A stretch of DNA of 38,860 nucleotides, from positions 1-38,860 of the forward strand of contig JBFMGU010000085.1 of assembly GCA_040752415.1 (NCBI GenBank), written 5' to 3'. The position numbers and the translations under genes were made by a program. Origin of the DNA: Myxococcota bacterium (GTDB lineage: Bacteria > Myxococcota > JACRCW01). Numbering within the stretch: the first letter of the stretch is position 1; every line of letters starts with the position of its first letter. The notes beneath the pieces were generated by a model that had not been told where the DNA came from, did no database searches, and saw only the letters and a program-made list of their open reading frames with translations. Positions 9,682 through 18,679 of this stretch are shown here, piece by piece.

Positions 9682-10113
9682 TCAACGGATCTCCCCCGGG
9701 CCACCGCCCGCCCGGTGACATTTGTTGCATGAGGGCTCGCTGACTTGCCGCGACATCCGGCGGATGACCCCGCCGTCCGCGTTCACGGTCCACGCGTCCA
9801 GCGGGGGAACCACCTTCGTATGATGGAAGAAATTCCCATGGACGTCCGGGCCCATGGTCAGGACCTGGCCCGTGGAGTCCCTTACCACCACACGAAACGG
9901 CCAAAGACTCCCCTGTTGCAGCGACCCGGCAACGCTGAATTGACCTTCATGGCAGCATAGGCAATCGGTGCCACGGCGGCCGTGCGCGGGATCGCCCTGT
10001 TCGCACAGGCGCAGCGGTCCGTGCGGCAGTCCGTTGCACGCACTGGTGCCGAGCAAGACAGCGAGTGCGAAGTCTCGGAAGACGGGTCGGTTATCCCGCA
10101 CGACTGATCCCAC
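9682..10113 (-). CDS. putative diheme c-type cytochrome lipoprotein (copy 2)
   Basis: LAVLLGTSAC lipobox-like signal; RRGTDCLCCHE, HGNFFH and SCNKCHR shared with 4784-5191; start uncertain. Confidence 0.7.
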   Translation of the reverse strand: MGSVVRDNRPVFRDFALAVLLGTSACNGLPHGPLRLCEQGDPAHGRRGTDCLCCHEGQFSVAGSLQQGSLWPFRVVVRDSTGQVLTMGPDVHGNFFHHTKVVPPLDAWTVNADGGVIRRMSRQVSEPSCNKCHRAGGGPGEIR

Positions 10114-10275
10114 CGTCGACCAGCGACGGCGACGTCCCCTTCAAGCGTATGAACCCGAACAGGCGTCGGCCAGCAGGAAGGCGGGGGCGCCGGGGACCCT
10201 CGCCGTGGGTTCACCGATGCCATGCGGGCTCGTGGAAGTTACACCGGCGGCGCTGCGTCGCTCCTGGAGGGAATC

Positions 10276-11022
10276 ATGAGCAGGCATGCTCAAGGTTGCT
10301 TGACTGTGGCGGCGGTGCTGCTCGTCAGCGGATGCCGCGCGGTCATCTGCCAGTTCCCCGCGTTGGAGAACCGTTTCATATGCGTGGGGACCTGTCTGCC
10401 CGTGCCGCTTGAGGACGGTCACTTCCGCATCACCCTCGTCGATGAACAGAAGGAGCCGGTTCCTGGCGCCGTCATCAGCGTGGAGAAGGGGTGTTTCTAT
10501 TGTCCTGGGCACAACAACTACGAGCTTGGCGGCATCTCGAACGAGAACGGGGAGGTTCGCCTCAAGCTGGAATCCGGGGAAGTTCTGGGCATCCACAGCT
10601 TCCAGGATGGGTACCTCTACGGCTCGGCGTCATGTGACAGTGACAAGTTTGGCGCGGCGACCATCACCATGAAGCGTAACGAGAACAATACGCCGCCGAC
10701 GATCAGCAACGTTCACGCCGAACCGTCCACGGTGCCGGCGGGTCGTACGTTCAAGCTGCGGTTGGACCTCCGTGCGTCGTCCGCGTCCGAGAACTCCGAC
10801 GAGACGCTCTGGGTACAGCCGGAAACCTTCCGCAGCGGGCGCCTCAAGCCGACCACCGGCCATCCCGATAGTCCACCCGGCGACAACTTCCCCGACGGCG
10901 CCTATGAAGCCGAAGTAACGGCGCCAACGACCCCTGGGGATTACGACTATTACCTGCAGGCGACGGCACACAACTGTGAGACCAGCCCGCGTGCTGTTGT
11001 GCGCGTCACTGTCACGCCATGA
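10276..11022 (+). CDS. Cys/His-rich hypothetical lipoprotein (copy 2)
   Basis: GGAGG RBS; LLVSGC lipobox; EKGCxYCxGHNxY, NSDETLWVQPET and ATAHNCxTS shared with 7226-7981. Confidence 0.8.
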   Translation: MSRHAQGCLTVAAVLLVSGCRAVICQFPALENRFICVGTCLPVPLEDGHFRITLVDEQKEPVPGAVISVEKGCFYCPGHNNYELGGISNENGEVRLKLESGEVLGIHSFQDGYLYGSASCDSDKFGAATITMKRNENNTPPTISNVHAEPSTVPAGRTFKLRLDLRASSASENSDETLWVQPETFRSGRLKPTTGHPDSPPGDNFPDGAYEAEVTAPTTPGDYDYYLQATAHNCETSPRAVVRVTVTP

Positions 11023-11219
11023 CGAGGGTGTCGTGTGCAGCAGGAAGGGCAGCGTCGTTCACAGCGGTGTCGCTCACGCATTGCGTTCTGTGGCGCCGTG
11101 CGGGGGCCGAACACTCGCGGCACGGGCCCGGTGCCCCGCCGCGGCCACGCGCGGCGACGTCCTGGCAGGCGATTGGCCCATGCGCCGTTGGCACTTCTGC
11201 TGCTCAACGGTGGTGTCCG

Positions 11220-12548
11220 TCAGAACATCAACGTGGACTGCAAGCGGAGCTGGTGCACCCCGTCCTTCAGGCCGGTGGGCGCCAGGTAGCTGTAGTCGCC
11301 CTGCACCTTCAGGACGTGCTGCAGCAGGAAGATGCTCCAAGCGCCGGCCACCTCGTGCGTGGGTTTGAGACCCGCCTTGTCGCCAAGTACCGGGGCCACG
11401 GCACCGAGGCGTGCTGCGACCTCGAGGTGGTCGTTGAACATGTAGCCGGTCTGCGCCATCCACCCCAGCGCCGAGCGCGAGTACTCCACCACCGACTGCC
11501 CTTCACGCACGTCGGTGTGCTCGCTTTCGGTGGCCAGGCGGCACAGCGCCTCCAGCGCCACCGTCAGCCCGGCGACCTTGAGGATCGCTTCGGCGCCGCC
11601 GTGGAAGTAGTCGAACCCGCCGAGCTTGTAGGTCTTCCCCCACGTGCTGCGCTCGCGCGTGGTGTTCTGGTTGTACGCCGCGCTGAGCGCGAACGCGAGA
11701 CGCGGCTTGGAGGAGCGGCCAAAGTCGGCTTCGCTCATGTCGTCGAACTTGCCCAGCGGCGCAATCTGCGCGCGGGCGATCCACAACAGCCCAAGCTGCG
11801 GCAACACCACGCCCCATGGACCGCGACGCTGCTCTGCGCCGCCCAGGTTCAAGGGCCACGGCCCCTTCTTCACCAGCTGAGTGGGGTCGGGGATCCCCAC
11901 CGAGCCGCCCAGACGATTGCGGCCGTCTCCGCTGAAGACTCCCGCCTGGTAGCTCAGCACCCCGCCGAGGCCGAACAGGTCCTGGGACATGACGACCAGC
12001 CCGGTATCCCAGTGGAGCAGCATCTCCCCCACGCCGAGACCGCGATCCACGAAGCTCAGTAACATGTCCGAAGTCATGCGCTGCCGGGTGTACGGAATGG
12101 ACATCTGGCCCACACGCACCTGGAGGTCCCGCATCCCTGTCCAGGTCACGTACGCGTCCAGCAGCGGAGAGTTGTTGTCCGGCTCCAGGTCCTGCCCCGC
12201 CACGCCAAGCTGCATGCCGTACTGCAGGTCCTTGGAAAGGAGATGACCAAAGAACCAGACGCGCGCCCGGCGCACCGCCAGGTCGTGGCCCGCCTTCCCG
12301 CCGGAGTACGGCACGGTCAGCGTGTGGCGTAGCTGGACGCCGCCGCGGACGCCCACGCCGAACTTGTCGTCGGGAGTGGACACCAGCACGCCCTTGCCCG
12401 GCGCGAGGGTGAGCTTGGGAACAGGAACAGTGACGGTTTCCGTCGGGGGAGGGCGCGGTGGCTCGGCCTGCTGCCCGGCGGCAAGCAGGAGGCGGGGGGC
12501 CAGCACCAGCGGAACCAGACGAGGAACCACAGACCATCGCTTGCGCAT
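11220..12548 (-). CDS. outer-membrane porin, OprO/OprP (phosphate-selective porin)-like
   Basis: Signal peptide; VRRARVWFFGH, LLDAYV and VRVGQM motifs; amphipathic beta pattern; terminal Phe; last gene of the ABC operon. Confidence 0.75.
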   Translation of the reverse strand: MRKRWSVVPRLVPLVLAPRLLLAAGQQAEPPRPPPTETVTVPVPKLTLAPGKGVLVSTPDDKFGVGVRGGVQLRHTLTVPYSGGKAGHDLAVRRARVWFFGHLLSKDLQYGMQLGVAGQDLEPDNNSPLLDAYVTWTGMRDLQVRVGQMSIPYTRQRMTSDMLLSFVDRGLGVGEMLLHWDTGLVVMSQDLFGLGGVLSYQAGVFSGDGRNRLGGSVGIPDPTQLVKKGPWPLNLGGAEQRRGPWGVVLPQLGLLWIARAQIAPLGKFDDMSEADFGRSSKPRLAFALSAAYNQNTTRERSTWGKTYKLGGFDYFHGGAEAILKVAGLTVALEALCRLATESEHTDVREGQSVVEYSRSALGWMAQTGYMFNDHLEVAARLGAVAPVLGDKAGLKPTHEVAGAWSIFLLQHVLKVQGDYSYLAPTGLKDGVHQLRLQSTLMF

Positions 12549-12598
12549 GAGCTGCTCCCTTCGCGCTTGAGCACAACACCGGGGTTGCGGGGGCAGGG

Positions 12599-13444
12599 TC
12601 AGGGATCCTTGATGAGACCCGCGGCGCGCGCCGCCTCTTCGATCCCGGCGTAGTTGTCCGGCTTGGTGGGAATGAACTTGCGGGTGCGCTGCAAATCCAG
12701 CAGCACCTTGTGTTCGGGGTTGCTGTAATCCAGCGCAAGGAACGCCGCGCGGATCTTCTCGACGAGCGGCTTGGGCAGGTCGCCGCGGACGGTCCAGTTG
12801 TAATCAAAGAACTCCGGGCTGGTCCACAGCACGCGGATCTTGCTGGCGTCGACCTTCTTCTCATCGAGCAGTCGCTGGAGGACGCTCTCGTTGAGCGCGC
12901 CAGCGTCGACCACGCCAGTCTCCACCCACTTGGCGGTGGCGTCGTGCGCACCGGAGTAGCTCACCTTGGAGAAATCCCGTTCCGGCACCACACCCTCTCG
13001 CGTCATGAAGTAGCGCGGCATCAGGTGTCCCGAGGTGGAGCTCACGGAGCCGAATGCAAACGTGGCACCCTTGAGGTCCGCCAATGACATGGCCTTGCTG
13101 CGCGCGCTGACGATGATCCGCGAGTGGAACCGCGCATCCTCCTCGCGCTGGACCAGCGGGATGGCGTTCCCCGTCCGACGGCGCGCCTGCACGTAGGTGA
13201 AGCCGCCGTACCACACGAGATCGAGCTTGCCCGACGCGAGCCCCTCCACCGTGGCCGCGTAGTCCGTGACCGGAACGAACTTCACCTCCATCCCCGTGGC
13301 CTTGGCCAGGTAGGCCGCCAGCGGCTGGTATTTTCGCTGCAGCTCGGTGGGATTCTCGTCGGGAATGGCGGAGACCCGGAGCACGTCGGCGTGCGCGGGA
13401 AGCGCCATCAACAGAGCCAATGCGAGAGTGGACAAGCGCAACAT
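12599..13444 (-). CDS. PhnD-family substrate-binding protein, putative selenate ABC transporter clade
   Basis: Signal ending AHA; LRVSAIPDENPTELQRK, PVTDYAATVE, GGFTYVQAR, FGSVSSTSGHLMPR and FFDYNWT; GGAGG RBS before ATG 13444. Confidence 0.85.
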   Translation of the reverse strand: MLRLSTLALALLMALPAHADVLRVSAIPDENPTELQRKYQPLAAYLAKATGMEVKFVPVTDYAATVEGLASGKLDLVWYGGFTYVQARRRTGNAIPLVQREEDARFHSRIIVSARSKAMSLADLKGATFAFGSVSSTSGHLMPRYFMTREGVVPERDFSKVSYSGAHDATAKWVETGVVDAGALNESVLQRLLDEKKVDASKIRVLWTSPEFFDYNWTVRGDLPKPLVEKIRAAFLALDYSNPEHKVLLDLQRTRKFIPTKPDNYAGIEEAARAAGLIKDP

Positions 13445-13519
13445 GAGTTCGCCTCCGTACCGCGGGAAAGACACGCTCTTAGCGGCGCGCGCGTAGCCTG
13501 CTCAAGGCGGCCCGCCGAA

Positions 13520-15226
13520 TCACCACGCGGCCACCGCGGCGCGTGGCCCCTGTCCGCCGCTCCCCAACGCCCGACGCAGTCGCGCGCTGAGCTGCTCCAC
13601 GGCGAGGACCAGCACCAGCAGCCCCAGGATGAGCGTCATGGCCTGGGGGTACTGGAACAACCCCAGCGCCACGTGGAGCTGCGCGCCCAGCCCCCCGCCA
13701 CCAACGAGCCCGAGCACTGCACTGGCACGCACGTTCACCTCCCAGCGGTACAGCGTGAACGCGATCAGTTGCGTGAACGCCTGCGGGAGCACCGCGGCGA
13801 GCACCGCCAGGCCCGGACGGACGCCCGTGTTCATCATCGCGCGCGCCGGGCCGAGGTCCACCTCCTCGAGTGCCTCGGCGTAGAGCCGTCCGAGCACTCC
13901 GGCGGTGTGCAGCGCCAACGCCAAAGCGCCCGCAAAGGGCCCGAGGCCCACCGCAAAGATGAGGAGCAATGCCCACAATGTCTCGGGCACCGTCCGCCCC
14001 AGGTTGAGCACGCCCCGCGCGACGGAGTGCACCACGCGCCGGAGCTGCCACCGCACCATGAACCGCTTCGCCGCTTCGTCGCCCAGTTCCTGCAGGAACA
14101 GCTTGCGGCTCGCGGGGTAGGCGAGCGCCATGGCCAACGCGGCGGCCAACAGCGTCCCGAACACGCTGATGGCCAGCGTCTCGACCAGCGCCGTCCCCAC
14201 CTTCCCCAGCTCGCCGAGGTCCGGCGGCAGCATGCCCGCGGCAAACTCCGCCACGTGCGTCACCGAGGACGGCAACAGCATCTCCCACAGTGGCGCGTCC
14301 AAGGCCTGCAAGGTGGCTCCGAACGCCGCCGTGCCTCCCACCACCGCCAGGCAGCGATTGCGCAACGCCACCCGCCCGTGCGGGAACAGGCCGCGACTGC
14401 GCTCCAGGCGCCGGCGCACGAGGAAAGACACGCCGTCCAGCGCAGCCACCAGCCCAAAGAGCACGAGCATGATGGTGGCCGTCTCGTCGTACTGGAACAT
14501 GCGCAGCGCCACGTCCGCTTGCTGGCCCAGCCCGCCCGCGCCCACCAGGCCCAGCACGGCGGATGCCCGCACCGCGCAGTCCAGCCGATAGAGCGTGTAG
14601 CTCGTCATGAGCGGCATTGCCTGGGGGAAGACGCCAAAAGCAAAAGCGCGCACCGGCGTGGCCCCCGCGGTAGCCAGCGCCACGGCGGGTCCGCGTGGCA
14701 CGCTCTCGTAGATCTCCGCAAACACCTTCCCCACCACGCCGGCGTAGGCAATGCCCACCGCCAACACCCCAGGCATGGCGCCCAGACCCGCGGCGCGGAC
14801 GAACAGCAGCGCCCACAGCAGCTCGGGGATGGCGCGCATGAAGGAGAGCAGCGCGCGCACGCCATGGTGCAGAGCCATGTGCAGGCGCGTGGGCTGGTCC
14901 CCGCCGGTGACGAACACGCGCGGGCTCGCTGCCAGGAACGAGAGCGGGGCGGCAACGAACAGCGCCAGCGTCATCCCGGCATACGCAATGCCCAGTGTCT
15001 CCAGCGCGGGACGGACGAGGGAGGAGAGGAATTCGGTCGAATGCGCCGGTGGCCAGAATCCGCCCACGAAGCCGGCCACGGCGTCGCGTGCGCGGGCCGA
15101 GGTGAGTTGCGCAAGGTCGCCCTCGCACACGCGGTACGAAATGGCTCCCGCCGCTACCACGGCGGCGCCGGGCCAACGCAGCCACCAGGGCGCGGGCGGC
15201 GGCAGCGCTCGGGCGTTCGCGCTCAT
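13520..15226 (-). CDS. PhnE/PtxC-family ABC permease with two fused permease domains
   Basis: Two repeats of the R(A/T)xPExLWALL...GK/RxxAE...VRASAVLGLVGxGGLG permease signature. Confidence 0.9.
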   Translation of the reverse strand: MSANARALPPPAPWWLRWPGAAVVAAGAISYRVCEGDLAQLTSARARDAVAGFVGGFWPPAHSTEFLSSLVRPALETLGIAYAGMTLALFVAAPLSFLAASPRVFVTGGDQPTRLHMALHHGVRALLSFMRAIPELLWALLFVRAAGLGAMPGVLAVGIAYAGVVGKVFAEIYESVPRGPAVALATAGATPVRAFAFGVFPQAMPLMTSYTLYRLDCAVRASAVLGLVGAGGLGQQADVALRMFQYDETATIMLVLFGLVAALDGVSFLVRRRLERSRGLFPHGRVALRNRCLAVVGGTAAFGATLQALDAPLWEMLLPSSVTHVAEFAAGMLPPDLGELGKVGTALVETLAISVFGTLLAAALAMALAYPASRKLFLQELGDEAAKRFMVRWQLRRVVHSVARGVLNLGRTVPETLWALLLIFAVGLGPFAGALALALHTAGVLGRLYAEALEEVDLGPARAMMNTGVRPGLAVLAAVLPQAFTQLIAFTLYRWEVNVRASAVLGLVGGGGLGAQLHVALGLFQYPQAMTLILGLLVLVLAVEQLSARLRRALGSGGQGPRAAVAAW

Positions 15227-16056
15227 GCGGTCCCGGTCGGAGTTTCCAACAGCGTGGTGGGCTGCGTTCCCGTTCGCAGGGTCATGCCGGTGGTGGCCAG
15301 CTCGCCGTCGCTGCCCCCGTAGGTGTGCGCGAGATCCGCGTCCGTCACCGCCTCGCGCGCCTTGTCAAACACCACGCGCCCATTACGGAGGCCCACCACC
15401 CGAGGGAAATGGGGCAGCACGGGTCCCAGCTGGTGCGTGCTGACCACCAACGTCCGCCGCGCGCCCGCGCGCATCAGCAGGCTCAGCACATCCGCCGCAC
15501 GCGCGGGATCCAACGACGACAACGGCTCGTCGGCCAGGATGACCTCCGGGTCCTGGTAGAGCACCCGCGCAATGGCCACGCGCTGCTGCTCTCCGCCGGA
15601 GAGACGGTCCACGCGGTCGTAGATCCTCGTCGCCAATCCCACGCCGGCCAGCACCTCCGCCACGCGCTCGGTCTCGGAGGGGCGCACCAGCGCCGCCGCG
15701 GCCTGCCACAACGACAACCGTCCCAGCCGCCCGGCCACCACGTTCTGCAGCACCGTGCACTGTGGGACCAGGAGATACTGCTGATAGACCGTCCCGATTC
15801 GACTGCGCAGCGAGCGCAGCCGCGAAGGAGAGAGCGCGCCGGGATCCTGCCCCAGGATGGAGATGGCCCCGGCGGTGGGACGCAGCGACGTGTTCAACAG
15901 CGCGAGCAACGTGCTCTTGCCCGCACCCGAGGGGCCGATGATCGCCACACGTTCACCGGGCTCGACCCGCAGGGCCACCTCCCGCAGCGCGTCTCGCTCA
16001 CCGAACGCCCGCCCGACGCCAGAGAGATGGAATGCCGCAGGAGCCCGCCCCGCCAT
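15223..16056 (-). CDS. PhnC-like ABC transporter ATP-binding protein
   Basis: Walker A GPSGAGKS, LSGGEQQRVAIAR, LADEP and H-loop; ATGA overlap with the permease. Confidence 0.92.
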   Translation of the reverse strand: MAGRAPAAFHLSGVGRAFGERDALREVALRVEPGERVAIIGPSGAGKSTLLALLNTSLRPTAGAISILGQDPGALSPSRLRSLRSRIGTVYQQYLLVPQCTVLQNVVAGRLGRLSLWQAAAALVRPSETERVAEVLAGVGLATRIYDRVDRLSGGEQQRVAIARVLYQDPEVILADEPLSSLDPARAADVLSLLMRAGARRTLVVSTHQLGPVLPHFPRVVGLRNGRVVFDKAREAVTDADLAHTYGGSDGELATTGMTLRTGTQPTTLLETPTGTA

Positions 16057-16180
16057 GCCGTCGCCATAACATCGGTCCACATCCCTGAACAGGTTGAAAC
16101 GCGCAAAATTTGCCTTGCCCGTGCAAGCTCGCGCCTGGTAACGCCGCTTCCTGCTGCCGAAGGTTTTCGGGGGTCTGCGG

Positions 16181-18679
16181 TTGTCCACCAGTTCGCGCCA
16201 CTTCACCTTCACCTACCGCGCGCGAGTGCAGACCCCGCGGGTCGCGGGTGCATCCGCACGGGTCTGGCTGCCCCAGCCGCGCTCGTGGCCTTGGCAGTCC
16301 ATCACCGTCGAGGAATTGGCCGGCGCGGCGTATGCGCCCAGCGAGGATGCGCGGGAGGGCAACACCCTGCTCCACGCGGAGCTGCCCACCGACGGCGGGT
16401 GGCACACGCTCACCCAACGCTACCGCGTCACCCGGCACCCGGTGCGCGTCACGGTGCCGACCGCGGACGCGTCCCTTCCTGCCGACGTGCAACGCTACCT
16501 GGCGGCTGATTCGCTGGTGCCTGTCGACGGACCGGAGGTCGAGCAGGTGGCGGCGGCCGCGCGTGGCGCTGCGCATTCCGCGGAGGCGGCGCGCCGGGTC
16601 TATGACCACATGCTTGCCACGTTTTCCTACGACGGGCGGGGTTGCACGCTCTCGCGCGTTGGCGAGCTGGGCGATCTGCGGCGCATGTGTGACGCCGGTG
16701 CGGGTACCTGCACGGAGTGGCACGCGCTCTTCGTCGGCGCCATGCGCCACCTGGGCATCCCGGCGCGGCTGAGATTCGGCTTCAACGTGCCGGACAAGCC
16801 GCAAGGTACGGTGGCGGGATACCACTGCTGGGCGGAGGTGCACGTCGGCGGCACCTGGCTGCCCGTCGACGTCAGCGAGGCCAAGAAGCGTCCCCATGAC
16901 GCGGATTGGCTCTTCGGCGGCCTGGACCCGCATCGCGTTGAGTTCGTGGTTGGCGTGGACATCCGGCTTGGCGACGAGGTGGCGGAGAAGCCCATTTTCC
17001 CGGTGGTGCGTTGTGCTGCGGGCGCCACGGCCCTCGAGGTGGACTTCTCGTTCGAGTCAACGCAGGCGCGTCCCCTGGGCGTCTCCTCGTCGACACACGC
17101 GGAAGCGGCCCCGCGGCGCACGCCGGTCCTTCCCGCGGGGATGACCGCGGACGAGGTGGTCGACGCCGTCAGCAAGCGGTATTCGGAAGTGGCGCAGCGG
17201 CCCGACGGCAGCTATGGGTTCCGCGTTGGTCGGCCGTTTGCGGAGGCGCTGGGCTACCCCGGGGAGGTGCTCGACCAGCTCCCGCCCAGCGTGTGGGAAG
17301 CGTTCACCGGTGTGGCCACGCCCGCGTTCGACGCACAGGTGCTCCCCGGTGAGACGGTGGTGGACCTGGGTTGCGGTGGCGGATTGGACCTGGCGCTTTT
17401 GGGCATGATGGTGGGTCCGCGCGGCCGGGCCATCGGCATTGATTTTGCGCCGGGGATGGTGGAGCGCGCGCGGCGCAACGCGGCGTTGCTGGGCCTCCCG
17501 CAAGTGGAGGTGCGCGAGGCCAGCGCGGCGCGGACCGGGCTGCCCGACGCCACGGCGGACTGGGTGGTGGCCAACGGGATCCTGAACCTGTCCCCCAGCA
17601 AGGCGGAGATCCTCCGGGAGGTCACCCGCATCCTGAAGCCGGGTGGCACGTTCCTGCTGGCGGAGACCACCCTCACCGAGGAGATTTCGCCTGAGACGGT
17701 GTCCTCGCCAGATGATTGGTTCCGGTGAATCGGTGGTGCGCTGCTGGAGGCAGCGCTGGTGCAGGAGCTGGAGGCCGGGGGCCTGACCGGCGTGACCGTG
17801 CTGCGACGGGGCCGCAACGCGCGCACCGGCGCCCGGGAGGCGCAGGTGACCATCCTGGTGGCGCGGCGCCCGCCGGTGTCCGCACGGCCCACGTTGTCGC
17901 CGCCAGCCATGGTTTCCGAGGAGCTGGTCCGGCGCGCGGTGCAACGCGAGATGGCGAAGGTGGCACTCTTCCCCGGTCGAGGACCAGGTTGGCCGGCCGG
18001 CGGGCCGCACGCGGTGGCGGCTGGCTACGACGCTGACGAGGTGGACCGGATTCCCGCCGCCGCGCGCGAGAGCTTCTGCGGCGTTGCCAACGTGGTGGCC
18101 CGGGCCGCGCTGCAGCGCGGGGAGACGGTGGTGGACGTCGGGTGCGGCAGCGGGCTGGACCTTGTCCTGGCGGCGTCCCGCGTGGGTGAGCAGGGGCGCG
18201 TCTGGGGCGTCGAGATGACCGAGGAGATGCTGAAGCGTGCCAGCAGCGCACTGCGCCACGCCGGCCTCACCTGGGCCCGCGTCCACAAGGGCGTGGCGGA
18301 AGAGCTCCCGCTGCCGGCGGGGGAGGCGGACGTGGCGTGGAGCAATGGCGTGCTGGGCGCGCACGTGGTGGACAAGTTGCGGGCGCTGCGGGAGATGGCA
18401 CGGGTGCTCAAGCCGGGCGGACGTCTGCTGCTGGCCGAGCTGGTCCGCCCGACGGTGGCGGAACAGGCCCGGCGCGCGGTGCCCGGTCACTGGGCGTCCG
18501 ACGTGGTGGGCGCGATCCCGCTCTCGGAGCTGGTGGAACTGTGTCGCCGCGCCGGCTTCGCCGTGGTGCGCCAACACGACGTCACGAACGTGCTGGCAGG
18601 GTCCCGACTGGAGGACAAGGCGCGCGCCGCGTCCCTCCACGGGGTGATCATCGAGGCGCGCAGGGAGGGAGGCCCATGA
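16181..18679 (+). CDS. predicted selenoprotein (832 aa, Sec516): transglutaminase-like domain plus two ArsM-like SAM methyltransferase domains
   Basis: ORFs 16181-17728 and 17759-18679 are in the same frame, separated only by TGA 17726-17728; read-through gives DDWFR-U-IGGALLE, matching the ArsM W-x-x-C-I-(A/G)-G-A-L motif; TGase triad GTCTEWH/YHCWAEV/WLPVD; two VD(L/V)GCGxGLD SAM motifs; TTG start uncertain. Confidence 0.8.
17729..17760 (+). promoter_or_regulatory. candidate bacterial SECIS element
   Basis: Perfect 7-bp stem GCGCTGC(17738-44)/GCAGCGC(17750-56) with loop TGGAG, separated from the TGA by 16 nt; G at loop position 2. Confidence 0.7.

Noticed and set aside
13124..15322. Long antisense or alternate-frame ORFs (also 627-2162, 26064-28283, 31737-33632, 33580-35706)
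   Set aside because: Shadow ORFs of well-supported genes in high-GC DNA; no motifs.
16137..16163. GTAAC upstream of the selenoprotein operon (and TGTAAC at 10243-10238 on the minus strand) as further ECF promoters
   Set aside because: Neither has the RGWC box at the 15-16 nt spacing.
17759..18679. Separate methyltransferase gene as given in the ORF track
   Set aside because: No good RBS, and its first residues complete the preceding MTase fold; better explained by UGA read-through.
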